Assembly: GCA_964199315.1 (NCBI GenBank)
Contig: OZ116708.1
Coordinates: forward strand, 27,776,001 to 27,840,000
DNA length: 64,000 nt
Source of the DNA: Orbicella franksi
Lineage: Eukaryota
Reading direction: 5' to 3'
Below, piece after piece: positions 32,401-44,700 of this stretch. The notes below the pieces were generated by a model. That model worked only from the letters and a program-made list of their open reading frames with translations. It searched no databases and was not told where the DNA came from. Positions within the stretch are counted from its first letter, which is position 1. Each line of letters starts with the position of its first letter. The translations under genes were made by a program, and so were the position numbers.

Positions 32401-33076
32401 TAGATAAAGTTTTGAACAACTAGTAGATCAGTATACTAAAACAATTAGATTATTCGCTTTCGATTTCCATGCGTGGTGGTTGACGATGGCTGCACCCTTG
32501 TCAATTATCTCGCGATAGAAATATTTGTGCAAAATCTTGGAGGCAACTCGTTAACATCAACTGTTGAGCTTTTCAAGCCATCAACTTCTAATTGAGTTTT
32601 TGCAGGGCATAAAGCAGTTCCTGAAAGGGCCAGAAGAAGTGTTAATGTAATACACTGGGAACACGCCCTTCTTTTTCGTGGTGACGCGAAGTAACGCTCG
32701 AGATTAAAACTGGCCGCGCTATGACGCGAACTTAAATAACGCGCGCGATGAAAATTTTGCGCGAGAAACTTTGTGTGTAACAAAATTGACTCGTCCTGTG
32801 CACTTAAACTTCTGCTTCGCTATTTACTTCGAGATTGTTACGTGCAATGTTTTAGCAATAATTTTAGTGGTATCTGCCACGGTGCAGCTTAAAGCTGTGC
32901 GCAATGTTACATCGTGTGTTAGGACCAAGTTAGCTTGTTACACAAGTAGTAGAACATGCTTAATAATCTGGAATTGCTTCTACGCGGTAATCTACAAAGC
33001 ATGCACTGATCAAAACCCGCCGGAGCACAGAGAACGCCAGAACGCCCAAAACAAGATCAGTTACGTTTCAGTTTAA

Positions 33077-33528
33077 GGTGGCTCAAAACATTTTCCAGCA
33101 CTTAGATTTTGATGGGTCATTATAACCACTCTTTGTCGCTTGATGCTTCAATCATGGTATCAAAAAACTGCCCAATCATTGGTGAACACGTTGTTGTCAT
33201 TTTCGTGACACAATAGGTTATCATAGCAACAGTATGACCTGCTAAAAACACTCTTTATTACAGCTTTAGGGGCTTATAATTCAAAAACCGCACTTTGGAA
33301 TTTTTTTATATTATCAAATTTTAATAAGCATGATAAGATGCAACCTTTTGGCAAAGTTTAAAAAACCTCCGTACGTAGGGTTTAGTGCCACCTTAAATTT
33401 TCAAAACTGATAACAACGTGTTCACCAATGATTGGGCAGTTTTTTGATACCGTGATTGTAACATCAATTGATAAAGAGTGGTTATAACGACCATCAAATC
33501 TAAGTGCTGGAAACTGTTGTGAGGCACC
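33077..33528. mobile_element. Non-autonomous DNA transposon with TTAA target duplication and ~120-bp TIRs (Kolobok-like)
   Basis: TTAA-GGTGGCTC... and ...GAGGCACC-TTAA; arms align as inverted repeats; RR/YY termini. Confidence 0.75.
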
Positions 33529-33544
33529 TTAAAACAAGTTTAGT

Positions 33545-33800
33545 GGTTAGCGATTAGCGGTTAGTAATTAGTGTAAGCGCGACGCGCGTGAGTGGTCCGG
33601 TGACTAAAAGCCTTGCCGGGGTCATGTAACGTGTTCTTGGTGAAGCACTTTACTCTTACGCTAAATCTCTCCGCCCAGGTGTATAAATGAGCACAGGCGA
33701 GCTGTTAATGGAAGCTGAAAGAATTCTGGGAAGAATGGACAAGCTTCCTATCCGGGGGGGGGGGGTGTAAAAACTCCTTGCCACTGACGTCATGCTACAG
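33545..33800 (+). mobile_element. SINE-like element
   Basis: Core GTGTTCTTGG...CACTTTACTCT...CTCTCCGCCCAGGTGTATAAATG; degenerate reverse copies at about 5290-5368 and 12975-13120. Confidence 0.55.
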
Positions 33801-34364
33801 AGGACACCGCGGGGATCACAAACCACTACTAGGCTTATAGTTAAGACGAACCACTAGGCCTGTAGTTAAAACACGAGTTAGAGAAATCGTATTCGATTTG
33901 ATTTGAGTATAAGATCGGACATTTTAATGGTAGCAATGAAACTTTCTAGCAATGCTAAAGGTGGACGGAACTTACATCATCAACAACAACAACAAAAAGC
34001 ATTAAGGTGATATAATCATATTTAAATATTATCATTATCAGTCCATTTTAATCATATAACAAAATTCTAGACTGTGATCGGTGCTCTGCACATCTATTTG
34101 TCACGTACTTGGCGCGCGATCACAGGGTGCCCAATTACATATCTTGTAATTGGATACCTATAATCGGACAGCTACACCGGCTTTTTTGTTCAAAAGAAGT
34201 TCTTAACTACTTCTTAATCCCGAAATTTGTTATTGATACAATTGATTAGTAATTGGACCAGATAGAGTACAATTCAAGGGGTAATCATGCTTGTAATTTC
34301 AAATCGGCTTCGATCGCGCCGGGCCCTTGTCTGATTTTGAAATTACTCGCGCGTTTACTCCCTG

Positions 34365-34548
34365 AATAGGCCATTTCGGAGTTGCCTTTTGCCTCTGTAT
34401 CAAAACGAGTCTAAGTGCGAAACCATTCATATGAAAATGAGTTCCGCCCACAGGTTCATTTTCATGCAAATCAAACTTATATTCTTAAGAAAGGTTTTGC
34501 ACGAAGACTTGGTATCAAACAGAGGCACCAGGTAACTCGGAAATGGCC
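34365..34548. mobile_element. MITE (Harbinger-like) nested in another repeat
   Basis: Ends GGCCATTTCGGAGTT / AACTCGGAAATGGCC. Confidence 0.65.
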
Positions 34549-37500
34549 CACTGTGCTCCACCATAGTTAGCACTACTAACTATGGCTCCGCTCGGTCCTA
34601 TGGCTATTACTAAGAGCCTTTCCATACCACTGTTTTGGTTCACTCGGTATAAATTGGATCAGATCCTTTCCTTTAAGTAAGTGAGTAAGCTTGTTAAGAA
34701 CACAATTCTAGCAGGTTCTTAACCCGACAAGTTACCACTTCACACGTCAGCACATTCGGGAAACCTTTGAACTGAAAAGTCTGGCTTTGACAATCATCCT
34801 GGCTGAACAAAAAATTCATAAATGAATAATTACATTTCACCTCCACAATCATGTGGTTGAATGCTACCAATCACATTGACCGGCAGTGCTAATCGCTAAA
34901 TCCTTCGATCTGACAGCAAAAAATTAGTGTTAATTTTTATTCGACATCGTCATTGTTATGATCGATAACTCACAGGGTTTCCTATGATTGCGGAAGACAT
35001 CATTTAGCCTCGCAAATTTATTTGATTTAACGGCATTTTTTACTATTCGTCAGGCAAGGTTAGAAAACTGAAAGTTACTGAAGGTTAGTACTGAAATATT
35101 GATTGTACAATTTTCTATTGAAGTTTCCTCTGATGTAATTTGACAAATTTATTATCTAGCTTATATCATTTGCGACGAAGACAGCTGAAAAAACGTAAGA
35201 TCCTCATTGAGTGTTGTTACTTTTTGCGACAGCTTCTTGTTTCTCAGTTTCTCGCTCGCCCAGTACAATCACCTTTTCGTTGGGTGGCTTTCGTCTTCAA
35301 ATCAATTATACGAAAATTCTAGCGCAAAACATAACAACTTCTTTATTACAGTTGGTCAACTTGCATGATTTGTACACCAATCCTCTCTGACGAGAGGTAT
35401 CCCCGCTTTTGTTTAGTTACTCACCATTTTTGTTTTAATAACGTTGAAAAAACCGTACACCAAACAATTGCTATAACGTCGTTTTCCGAAACATTATTTT
35501 TCATTACTTAAATATGTAAACTGCAATGATACGGAACTTTACTTAGTCGTGTCTGAATTTTACCGTCGAAATTTCGGTTTCTGAAAAATGAGAAAAAAAA
35601 ATCCTTCCAGGAACTGAAGAAAAAGGATAAGTACAAATCTTTCTCTCTCATCTTTGAATTATGTTTATTCACGTCGAAATACTTGTGTCTTAATATAACT
35701 GAATTTTATTAAACCTGACAGGCGTTTCCAATTTCTTTCCGTTCTTAATATTGGCATCGTTTAAAATCAAAACACTGTTTCAATCACCCATAATTATTCT
35801 GTGACAGTTAGACGCTTTTATTTAATTTTCCTGGTTGATTATTGTTTGCACTGTGTCAAAACAGCTTCTGTGCACCTGTAAGTTTGACAGCGTCTGCCTC
35901 GACCCCAGGCATACCTCTTTTTGTTGCGCGTCACGTGTGGAGTTATGGGCCTGTTGCACGCGCGCTGCGTTTCGCGGGGTAACCATTAAGCACTGCACAC
36001 CGACGAAATGCAACGTCGCATGGAAACCAGGCAGTAACTGCGTAAAAAATACTCATAGAGCGATTTTGAGGCAGCTATATTGTTGTTCCAAAGCAATGGA
36101 AATTCGCGGTTTGCATGAGAAAAGAGTAAAAGAAAAGATATTGTATTGCCATCACAAAGTCGTGTCAAAGCGCAATATACTGCATATGTTCCACGCTATC
36201 TTAAATTGCATGTAAAGACTGCCGAAATACTCGTATCCAGACCCTCGCTTCCATCCCGGCCTCATCTCATTTGAATTAGTCCTCTTTTGACAGAGAAAGA
36301 TAGTATATGAAATGTGCAGTACTGAAAATTGTACATTTAGACATTAGAGTTAGAAACTACAAAATACAAAAAGTTTTTAAAGACAATGTACTATACACTC
36401 TGAAAGCATTATTGCTGTCTTTAATGGTATGCCATAACCTCCTTAGCATTCCCAAGAGATGCTTCTTTTTCAAAATTTTAATCCATCTGTTGTTCAAAGT
36501 AAACAGTTTAGAATTCAAGAAAATTGACGCATTCATCGCTACCATAAGCTAAGGTGGCAGTCTTGATTTGAAGACAGACAAGACTGAAAGCAAGGTTTTT
36601 ATTCTAAAACAGAAGGTGAGGGTTAGCTGTCAATTCTGTGTTCTTTAGAAAAGGAACTAATCTGTTGGAATCAAACCTGACTGGAACGTCTGTGCCTATG
36701 TTCATACAAGCTCTTCCTTATTTTAATGATGTGTTGGAGTGATGTCTCGTTGCTCTAGTTTTCCCATCACTCTGCCAATTGAACAACACACGATTTGAAT
36801 TACGTACAGACATGCTCACAAAGGCTGATAAGCAACTGTAGGTGAAATCTGGGAAAACGTTACTCTATACAAAGTTCGAACAGTTATAATCCACAAGTTT
36901 ACCAATTGAGCGAGTAAATTGCTAGCAACGACGACTCAGCTAGACAGGAGCAAAACATAATATAGCCAGCGAAATTAAGAAAGGTTTACACCAGGATTTG
37001 CTGCACTTATAAACACTGTGGCATTAATAGCATTTTGTTGGTTTCCACTGGGAGGTGTAAAGCGCCATTAAGTCTGCTAAACGTTATTAAAATCGTATAT
37101 GTAATAACAAAACGCTGCACTAAAACTTGGCCATTAGAATCAGTTCTTTCCCTGAGGTGCTTTGGTTATTTTTTTTTGTAAATGTTGGACTCGGAAGTTA
37201 AATGAATTTTTTTTTTTATACAAAGAGCAAGTCGAGTCTATAAAGCACTTTCGAGAAATTGGAACTAATGAGACAATTTGACAATAGGCTTTTGTTTGTT
37301 TTATACCATAAGCTCGCGCGAGTAAAGAAAGGGCGGCCAACAATCCTAAGTACCTCCTGTGTAATTAAGGCTTAGTCACACAGTCTTGCACTGTGATTAA
37401 ATGGAACATGTCGGTTTTACCAAACGGTATTGTTAGCACCAGGCTTCTAATAAACTTTAAAAAAGGACGACGCTTTTCAGTTTTAAATACACGTTTCGAC

Positions 37501-38167
37501 AGTAACTTCTGTCATCGTCAGTTACTACTAAAGTGAATTTGATAAAGTTAATATACGAGTTTTTACAATAGGTGTTACCTAGAGTAACTTACATAACAGG
37601 AATAAAATACGCGGAATTGAAAACTAAAGAATAACAGGCAAATGCAGAAAAAACATGCAGAAAAATATAAATGAAAGAGACAAATTATCATGATGAATTT
37701 GCTGATTTATAGCAGGCTTCTCCCAATTAATGTTCACGGTTTCTTTAATTTATTCTTGAAACTTTCTTGTGTTTAAAACTGAAAGGCGTTGTGCTTTTAA
37801 AAGTGTATTATTAACCTGTCGGTTCTGAGAACTGGTTCACGAACAGACTGAGACAAACGACATAGGTCCGCATCGCGTGCACAAATGAGTACGTCACATA
37901 ATATAGTACTAGGTACAAATGTGTGATTATTATTTCTAAAATAATACAGCAGGGTTGTAAGCTTAGATTTCTTTCAATGTTAAAACTTGTTGCCGCTTAA
38001 ATCCTTAAGAAATCGAAAGCATAGGATAAATATAACTTCCCAAGTTTATCAGATTACCTTTCTAAGTTCTGCAATTTCTTTCTTATTTCTTTTGTAGCTA
38101 GCAAGAAAGAAAAGGAGAGACAAGACAATCAGTGACAATATCTTCTCGATTAAAATAGAGCATTAAG

Positions 38168-39217
38168 ATGGCTGGTACAACAAAGAATTTGTCGCAATAT
38201 AACGTCTCGGCACATGACAGTTACGAAGGGTTTACACTCGATACAGAAATGAAAGTGATTTTTTCATTCCTTGGTTTGGCTGCCTTTATAATTGCGCTGG
38301 CAAACAGCCTTGTATTTGTGTTGGCTTGGCACATGAAATACCTCCGCACTAAAACCAACTTTTTCCTTCTCAGTCTAGCGGCGAGTGACTTACTCGCAGG
38401 AGTCCTGGTGATACCGCTGGTGATATCATGTAATGTAGTAAGAGTTAACGAGTCGATATGCATAGCGATGGACATCTGCCAACGTGGGTTAGCTATTTCG
38501 ACAATTTTACACCTCTCATCTGCTGTCATGGAACGATACCTGAAGATCTCGTCGCCTTTTAAGTACGCCTCCATTGCCACAAAACCGCGCATTGCGGCTG
38601 TTTTGATTTCCGTGTGGATAACCGCAATTTCAGTATCGCTGGCTCAGCTACTCCTCATTTCCTCACCAGACATAATGAACATTTACCTCATCTACAACGC
38701 AACGGTCCTTTCGCTGTTTGTGTTCGTGCCATTCATCGTTACCGTTGCAGCCTTCATTCGCATCTATGTCATCATGAAACAGAGCAAAAAGTCAAGACAG
38801 AATTTGACTACGTTAGGGAATAACAACAATGTGCAGCGGAAGAAGAAACAAAGACGCAATGTCAAGCGATCATTGATAGTTTACTTTGTTATGTTGGTGT
38901 GTTTCGCCTGTGCATGGTTCCCGTATTTTTTCCTGACTCTATTAATAGACTTGGACACTTCACTTATGACCAGAATCCCGCAGTGGGTAAACGTGATGCT
39001 TTTTTTCCTAAAAGTCAGCTCAGCGCTTTTCAATCCGTTTTTGTTCACATTTTTTAAAGCGGATTTCCAGAGAGCGCTGCAACAAATGGCTTCAAGAAAC
39101 TGGAGCGGAAGAAGCGATGCTACCAAAGAGATCACGCGAAAATCTGGGTCCTACCGCTCTGCAAACCGATTCACATATCACACACACTTAAAAGAAAATC
39201 AATTTGAGATGTATTGA
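38168..39217 (+). CDS. Rhodopsin-like class A GPCR (aminergic/adenosine-receptor-like, cnidarian orphan type), intronless CDS, 349 aa
   Basis: Seven hydrophobic segments with LANSLV (N1.50), LSLAASDLLAG (D2.50), C3.25, MERY, W4.50, CFACAWFPY and NPFLF. An acceptor at 38097 suggests a 5'UTR intron. Confidence 0.93.
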   Translation: MAGTTKNLSQYNVSAHDSYEGFTLDTEMKVIFSFLGLAAFIIALANSLVFVLAWHMKYLRTKTNFFLLSLAASDLLAGVLVIPLVISCNVVRVNESICIAMDICQRGLAISTILHLSSAVMERYLKISSPFKYASIATKPRIAAVLISVWITAISVSLAQLLLISSPDIMNIYLIYNATVLSLFVFVPFIVTVAAFIRIYVIMKQSKKSRQNLTTLGNNNNVQRKKKQRRNVKRSLIVYFVMLVCFACAWFPYFFLTLLIDLDTSLMTRIPQWVNVMLFFLKVSSALFNPFLFTFFKADFQRALQQMASRNWSGRSDATKEITRKSGSYRSANRFTYHTHLKENQFEMY

Positions 39218-41752
39218 AAACAGAGAAATAGCTTGAATAGTAGATTATACAACGACGAAGGACTTGAGACGCAACCTCTTTTCTTTCTCTGCATTCCTCG
39301 AGGGATGAGGAGTAAGGACCCATCGGGACGAGGATTTTCCCGCGAGTGAGAGGTCTGGTGACGTGCTCCGCAGAGATCTGTTCAGCGCCTCTTATTGGTT
39401 CTCACTTACGCGCCAAAGATCAAAACGGCCAAAACCGACCAAAACCAATCAGCGACCTATCACTGAAGAGCTACGTCATCAACATGGGATTTTTAAGACG
39501 AAACTCTGACGTCACTCAAGCTAGAGAACAGCTATTTCGAGTGCGTGAAGAGAGGCATCTGTTTATTTCGGTTAATAACCGAGAAAAGCAAACATTTTGA
39601 TAATATTTTAGCTGTAGGATTGTTCTACATTACAACAGCATAGTCTTGACATTCTCTCATAATGTGCTGCATCTGGCAAAGCTGTCGTAGATTTTTTTTA
39701 CTGCCGAACCGTGCTTGTCTAACCAATCACGGAAGAGATTTTCATTTGATTGTCGAAAAGTAACTGGTTTTGCGTCAACTACGCTACACGATTGGCTTTA
39801 AACATTCGCGCAACTTTTTCATCCAATCAGAAGTAAAACCAAAACCAATTCTGACTCACTCGCACTCTTTTTCCCGCGAGTTTTGATTGGTTCACTGTAT
39901 TGTCCGTGTTCTTTGTGATTGGCTAGAGTGATTACTTTGGTTTTGGTTTTACGACACTCAGTTGAAAACTGCTCTACTATCTTTTTATCCGAATGATTCT
40001 AAAGGACGTCAAACTGTGAACCTTCTGTGCCCTCTCAACCGCCTGACATGTTTTCCCGCGCTTTGCACGTTTTCCTGGGTCTGTTCCATCCGTTACATGT
40101 CAGTTTTACCGCGTTTTTCAGCAAATATAAATTTTTGCTTTGGGATCTAGTTGGTTTGTCGTGCAACTAGCAGGCATTAATGATTGTTTGTTTTCAAAAT
40201 TGTTTACGATAGTTGGATTGACTCGCATGATGTGCACGTGAGAACATTCTTCTGGAAGCCTGAGTAGAGGCCACAACTTCGTTCCCAGGGTGCTTCTCAT
40301 TTCAAAGGTGGGGCAGCGCCCTGGAGAGGAGGTTTTGGAGGATAGTATAGTCAAAAGTATCGTCAAATTAGAGTCATTTTAGAGAATATAGATTTGAAAG
40401 AAATAAACAGAATACTGTGATCAAATATCGCGCGCAGCAGTTATTTCTAGTGGACCGACTACTAATTAGGTGTCGCTAAGCTCGACACCTAATCTTTGCG
40501 TGACGATAACTGGAGGTGAATTGATGCAGCGTTAGGCGCGATATCTACACTGCACAACACGCCTCGTGCAACACGGCAGCTGTTGTAGAGGGTATAGTAA
40601 TTGCAACGAATGTGAGCTCCCCTTCTGCCACGTTGCGCGCAGTGACATGACACCTATCAATCACTTCTCGCTCTCTGGCTATCCAATCTCTCATGCACCC
40701 AAACACAGCGTTTCTTTTTTTTTTTCGAATTGGAAACGCACTTAGTAGCTGTGATTCATTTCCCTTGCCGCTTACTTGATAAGGTGATCGTCCCCTTCTT
40801 GGTAACTTGAATATCACAATAATCTTTTCCCCTCGAATGCAACAGCCCGTGACTAAGATCCAAGGGAAAACGGGCGCTTCATTTCTACAAGTCTCGTACA
40901 AGTTAGTTGGGAGAACTCCAAAGTCGAGTACTATTTACGCTAACCCACGCCTTAAGCTCGATTTTAACTTTGAGAAACTCCCAAACGTTCTCGAGTGTTG
41001 ACCTAAGGCCATGCAAAAAAGCGCATTTTCATGTTTTTAAATAGGATACGTTTTTATGAAGAAAATCCAAGAGTGTGTACCCCGCGAGCAGTTAGTTTCT
41101 CCTAGGCCAACAAGAGAGAGAAACCGACTGCTCGCAGGTTGAAGTTTATGTGGAACAAATTTGTCCTAGATAAGTTAGACTCGTTTCAATTCCAGAAAAA
41201 GCCAGAATTTATTATCCTGTTTTGTATTACACTCAAACAATTCTTTGTGCAGACTCAAGATACTCCGTTGAATATTTTACGTACTTCCACTGAAGTAAGG
41301 CACTCTATATTGCCCACACTGTTCATTTTATACTTCATGTTTCGTTTGCTATGGAACACTCATTACGTGTAACCTCTCACAGACATTTCAATTTGGTAAT
41401 CCGAGGATGTATTTCGTTTCAAGAACACATGTCTAGAGGTTTCTGTAAACAGATACTGCAACACTGTTCAGTCTTGCTACTGGCCAATTCTACGATATTT
41501 TCCTGGTTGAAGAGTAATTATGGGTTTCAAATCAAACACCAGCCTATGTCATTAAACATTACAAAGTTGTGTATAAGCTTTTGAAAAAGCTCAAGAACTT
41601 GTCAGAGTTCTGAAATTCTGACAGGTCTCTCCTACTACGGCATCAGATACGTTAGTTCACACATTAAGCAAAGTTTGGCTTCCAGTGATTAAGCCTTAAA
41701 AGAAAGTTTTCAAAAGTGTTTTCAAAGTTCTCATATTTAAGAGAAGTCTCTT

Positions 41753-44700
41753 TTAGTTTGGCACCAGATCGTCAATGGACTTTCCTTCCATAAGACACTT
41801 CTCCATGTCAACAAGAAGCTTGACGCCATCGACGACTTTCTGAACGAGTTCCACCTCAGAGAAGCCCAGTCGGTCCAGATTTGACACGTCAAAGATGCCG
41901 TCAGTAGAGGCGGTGTCCACTCCTCCAGTTCCACGCTTCTGTAGGCGCAGCTTCTTGAGGATGTCTTCAAAGCGCTCGTCTTTTGATAACGTGGGTAGTT
42001 TCACGTGCACGCCAGCGCGCAAGCCCGTGCCCAGATTAGATGGGCACGTGAGTATGAACCCCAGATGCTTATTCCACATGAATGCTTTACCTTTCTTTTT
42101 CATGGCGTCCTCGATCTGTTGAAGACCTTCACAAAAGCGAGTGAAGACTTCTCTCATGTTGCCGCCCTTTTGCATGGAGATGACGCGTGTATGGTCCTCT
42201 TCGTTTACCCACACCAGCACGGTCTTCTGGTCGTTGTGCCAGATCCCGCGAGCATCGGGCCAATCCCGAGCCATCCCGGAAGACAAAAGCAGTGGTGAGA
42301 CCGGTTTATCAAACAGGAAGTGGTCTTCAATCAATTGATCTTGCTCTTGTGGTGTCATCTTATTCAAGGGGTAGTACTTTCCTTGTAAACTTCCTTTTAG
42401 CGTGTCTAAGGCTTCCACTACGACCTTCTCAACTTCCCGGCGTTCGGCACGGGTGCAGTGAGGTGGTAAGGCCAAACCCCGGATGCTGCGCCCAGTCCTA
42501 ACACGGCTTGAGAGGACGAAGTTGCTGTCCAGGTCTTCGCCTCCAACAAGATTTTGTGCGTTCAAGTCGGTCTTGTGAAGCGCGTCCTTCTTGTAGCCGT
42601 TGTGGCGTCCCTCGATCACGGGATCAAACAACTCAGCAAAGACATCGTAAGACTCTTCATCTCCAGCGACACAGCCAACTGTCATGATAAAAGGGTGGCC
42701 TGGATTGTCTACGCCTGTCTGAATGGCTTGGTCCAACGTGAAGCCTGAAGGTGTCTTCTTCACGGAAAGCTTGTCGTAAATTTCTTTGGTCAGGCATCTC
42801 GACATCCAGTTGTTGTGCTGGGAAAGATCTGGAAAGTTGCTGACTGTTGTTACTTCTCCTTTCTCGGCCTCGACAACGATTTGCCGCGCGGGTGTACCGG
42901 ACATGAGTTTCTCATACAGGCTGGTGATAGGTTTTCCGGCCTCCAGTTCTTTCTCCATTACAATCAGCAAACTGACACCGTCGACTACACACTGCACCTG
43001 CTCCACTTCAGACGATCCCAGTCGGTCTGCATTGGAAATGTCGAACGTGCCTCCAACTGCCTCGGTGTCGACACCTCCAACACCACGCTTTTGAAGACGA
43101 AGCTTCTTCAGGATGTCGGCGAACTCTTTCTGTTGGCTGACATGGGGGATCTTCAGGTGCACCCCACCCCTAAGTCCCGTCCCGAGATTGGACGGGCAGG
43201 TCAGAATGTACCCTAGATGTTCGTTCCACATAAATCCATATCCTTTGCCTTTAATGGCAGCTTCAACTTTGTTAAGTCCGGTGCAGAAACGCTCGAAAAC
43301 ACCTTTCATGTTCCCGCCCTTCTCCATGGATATAACACGAGTGTGGTCCTCTTCATTGACCCAGACGAGAAAGTTCTTTTTGTCATTGTGCCAGATCCCG
43401 CGGGCATCAGGCCAGTCCCGAGCCATGCGGGACGCGAGCAGAAGAGGAGACACAGGCTTGTCGAATAAGAAGTGGTCTTCGATAAGCTGCTCTTGTTCCT
43501 TCTCCGTCATCTTTGCCAGTGGGTAATACTTCCCTTTGAATTCGCCGTCCAAGGAGTCCAGGGCCTCGGTCACCAACGCCTCTACCTTGCGCCGCTCAGC
43601 TCGTGTGCATTGAGGTGGCAAGCTAAGATTCTTTATGCTTCTGCCGGTCCTCACTCGAGACGACAACACATACTTCTCATCAAGCATTCCACCAATAAGA
43701 TTCTCAGGATTCAAATCGGTTCTGTGGCGATCTGTCTTCTGGTATCCTCCATGGCGCTTCTCGATGACCGGGTCAAAAAGGTCTGCGAAGACTTCGTACG
43801 ATTCTTCGTCGCCTGCAACACAGCCCACTGTCATGATGAAAGGATGACCTGGATTGTCCACACCGGTTTGAATGGCCTGATCTAGCGAGAAGCCGCTTGG
43901 AGTTTTCTTGTCGCAGAGCTTTTCATAAATCTCCTTTGTGAGGCATCTTGCCATCCAGTTGTTATGCTGCGACAGATCAGGGTAGTTTCCGCTTGAAGAC
44001 TGGGAGCTAAAATGTTAACGAATCTTTGTCAGGATATGAAAAGACATATTCAAATAAAGGGAACTTTAAAAAGATCATGAATAATTGAGGGGACAGTGTC
44101 ATGGCTGATTATCCATAGTTGTCTTTCCTAATTTTCACAATACTATACAGATAGTCAATATTAGACAACATAAACACAAGTTACGAAGGTAAAACTTGAA
44201 AAAATGTAAGCCAAGTGTTTCATGTTGCGCCATCCTTGAAGAAGCTCAATTTACCGCTTGCTTCCTCAAGAGCGATCAGCTTCTAATTTCTCCTTACCGT
44301 CTCAATATATTGTCAATCTGACAGGTAATGAGAAAAAAGAAAATCAAGAACGTCGGTATATCCTTGTGATTATTGAGAAGAATTAATATCACCATCTGCT
44401 GGAAGGTTCTTACTAAGTGCCATGACCTCTTTTTTACTGTAACATATTTAGGTTCACCGCTTGCTCCAGGGCCTCACCTACGAAGCTTACACCAAACCGA
44501 AACTTGAGAAACATAATAGTTATGCAACGTTTTCTCGTGGTATTTTCTCGGTATGCACAGCTGGACGCTCCATGGTATACCAAGGCAAAGCGTTGGATAC
44601 TGAACTATTTTACACTACGCCATAGACAAAACAGTGGCCAACACACTTAATCAATGCGTCATTCGCGGAGTGCACGATGGGAAGGTTGGGTGTAATACCG

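Noticed and set aside
41737-43885. Multiple antisense and alternate-frame ORFs over the CK exon
   Set aside because: Shadow ORFs of a GC-rich coding exon.
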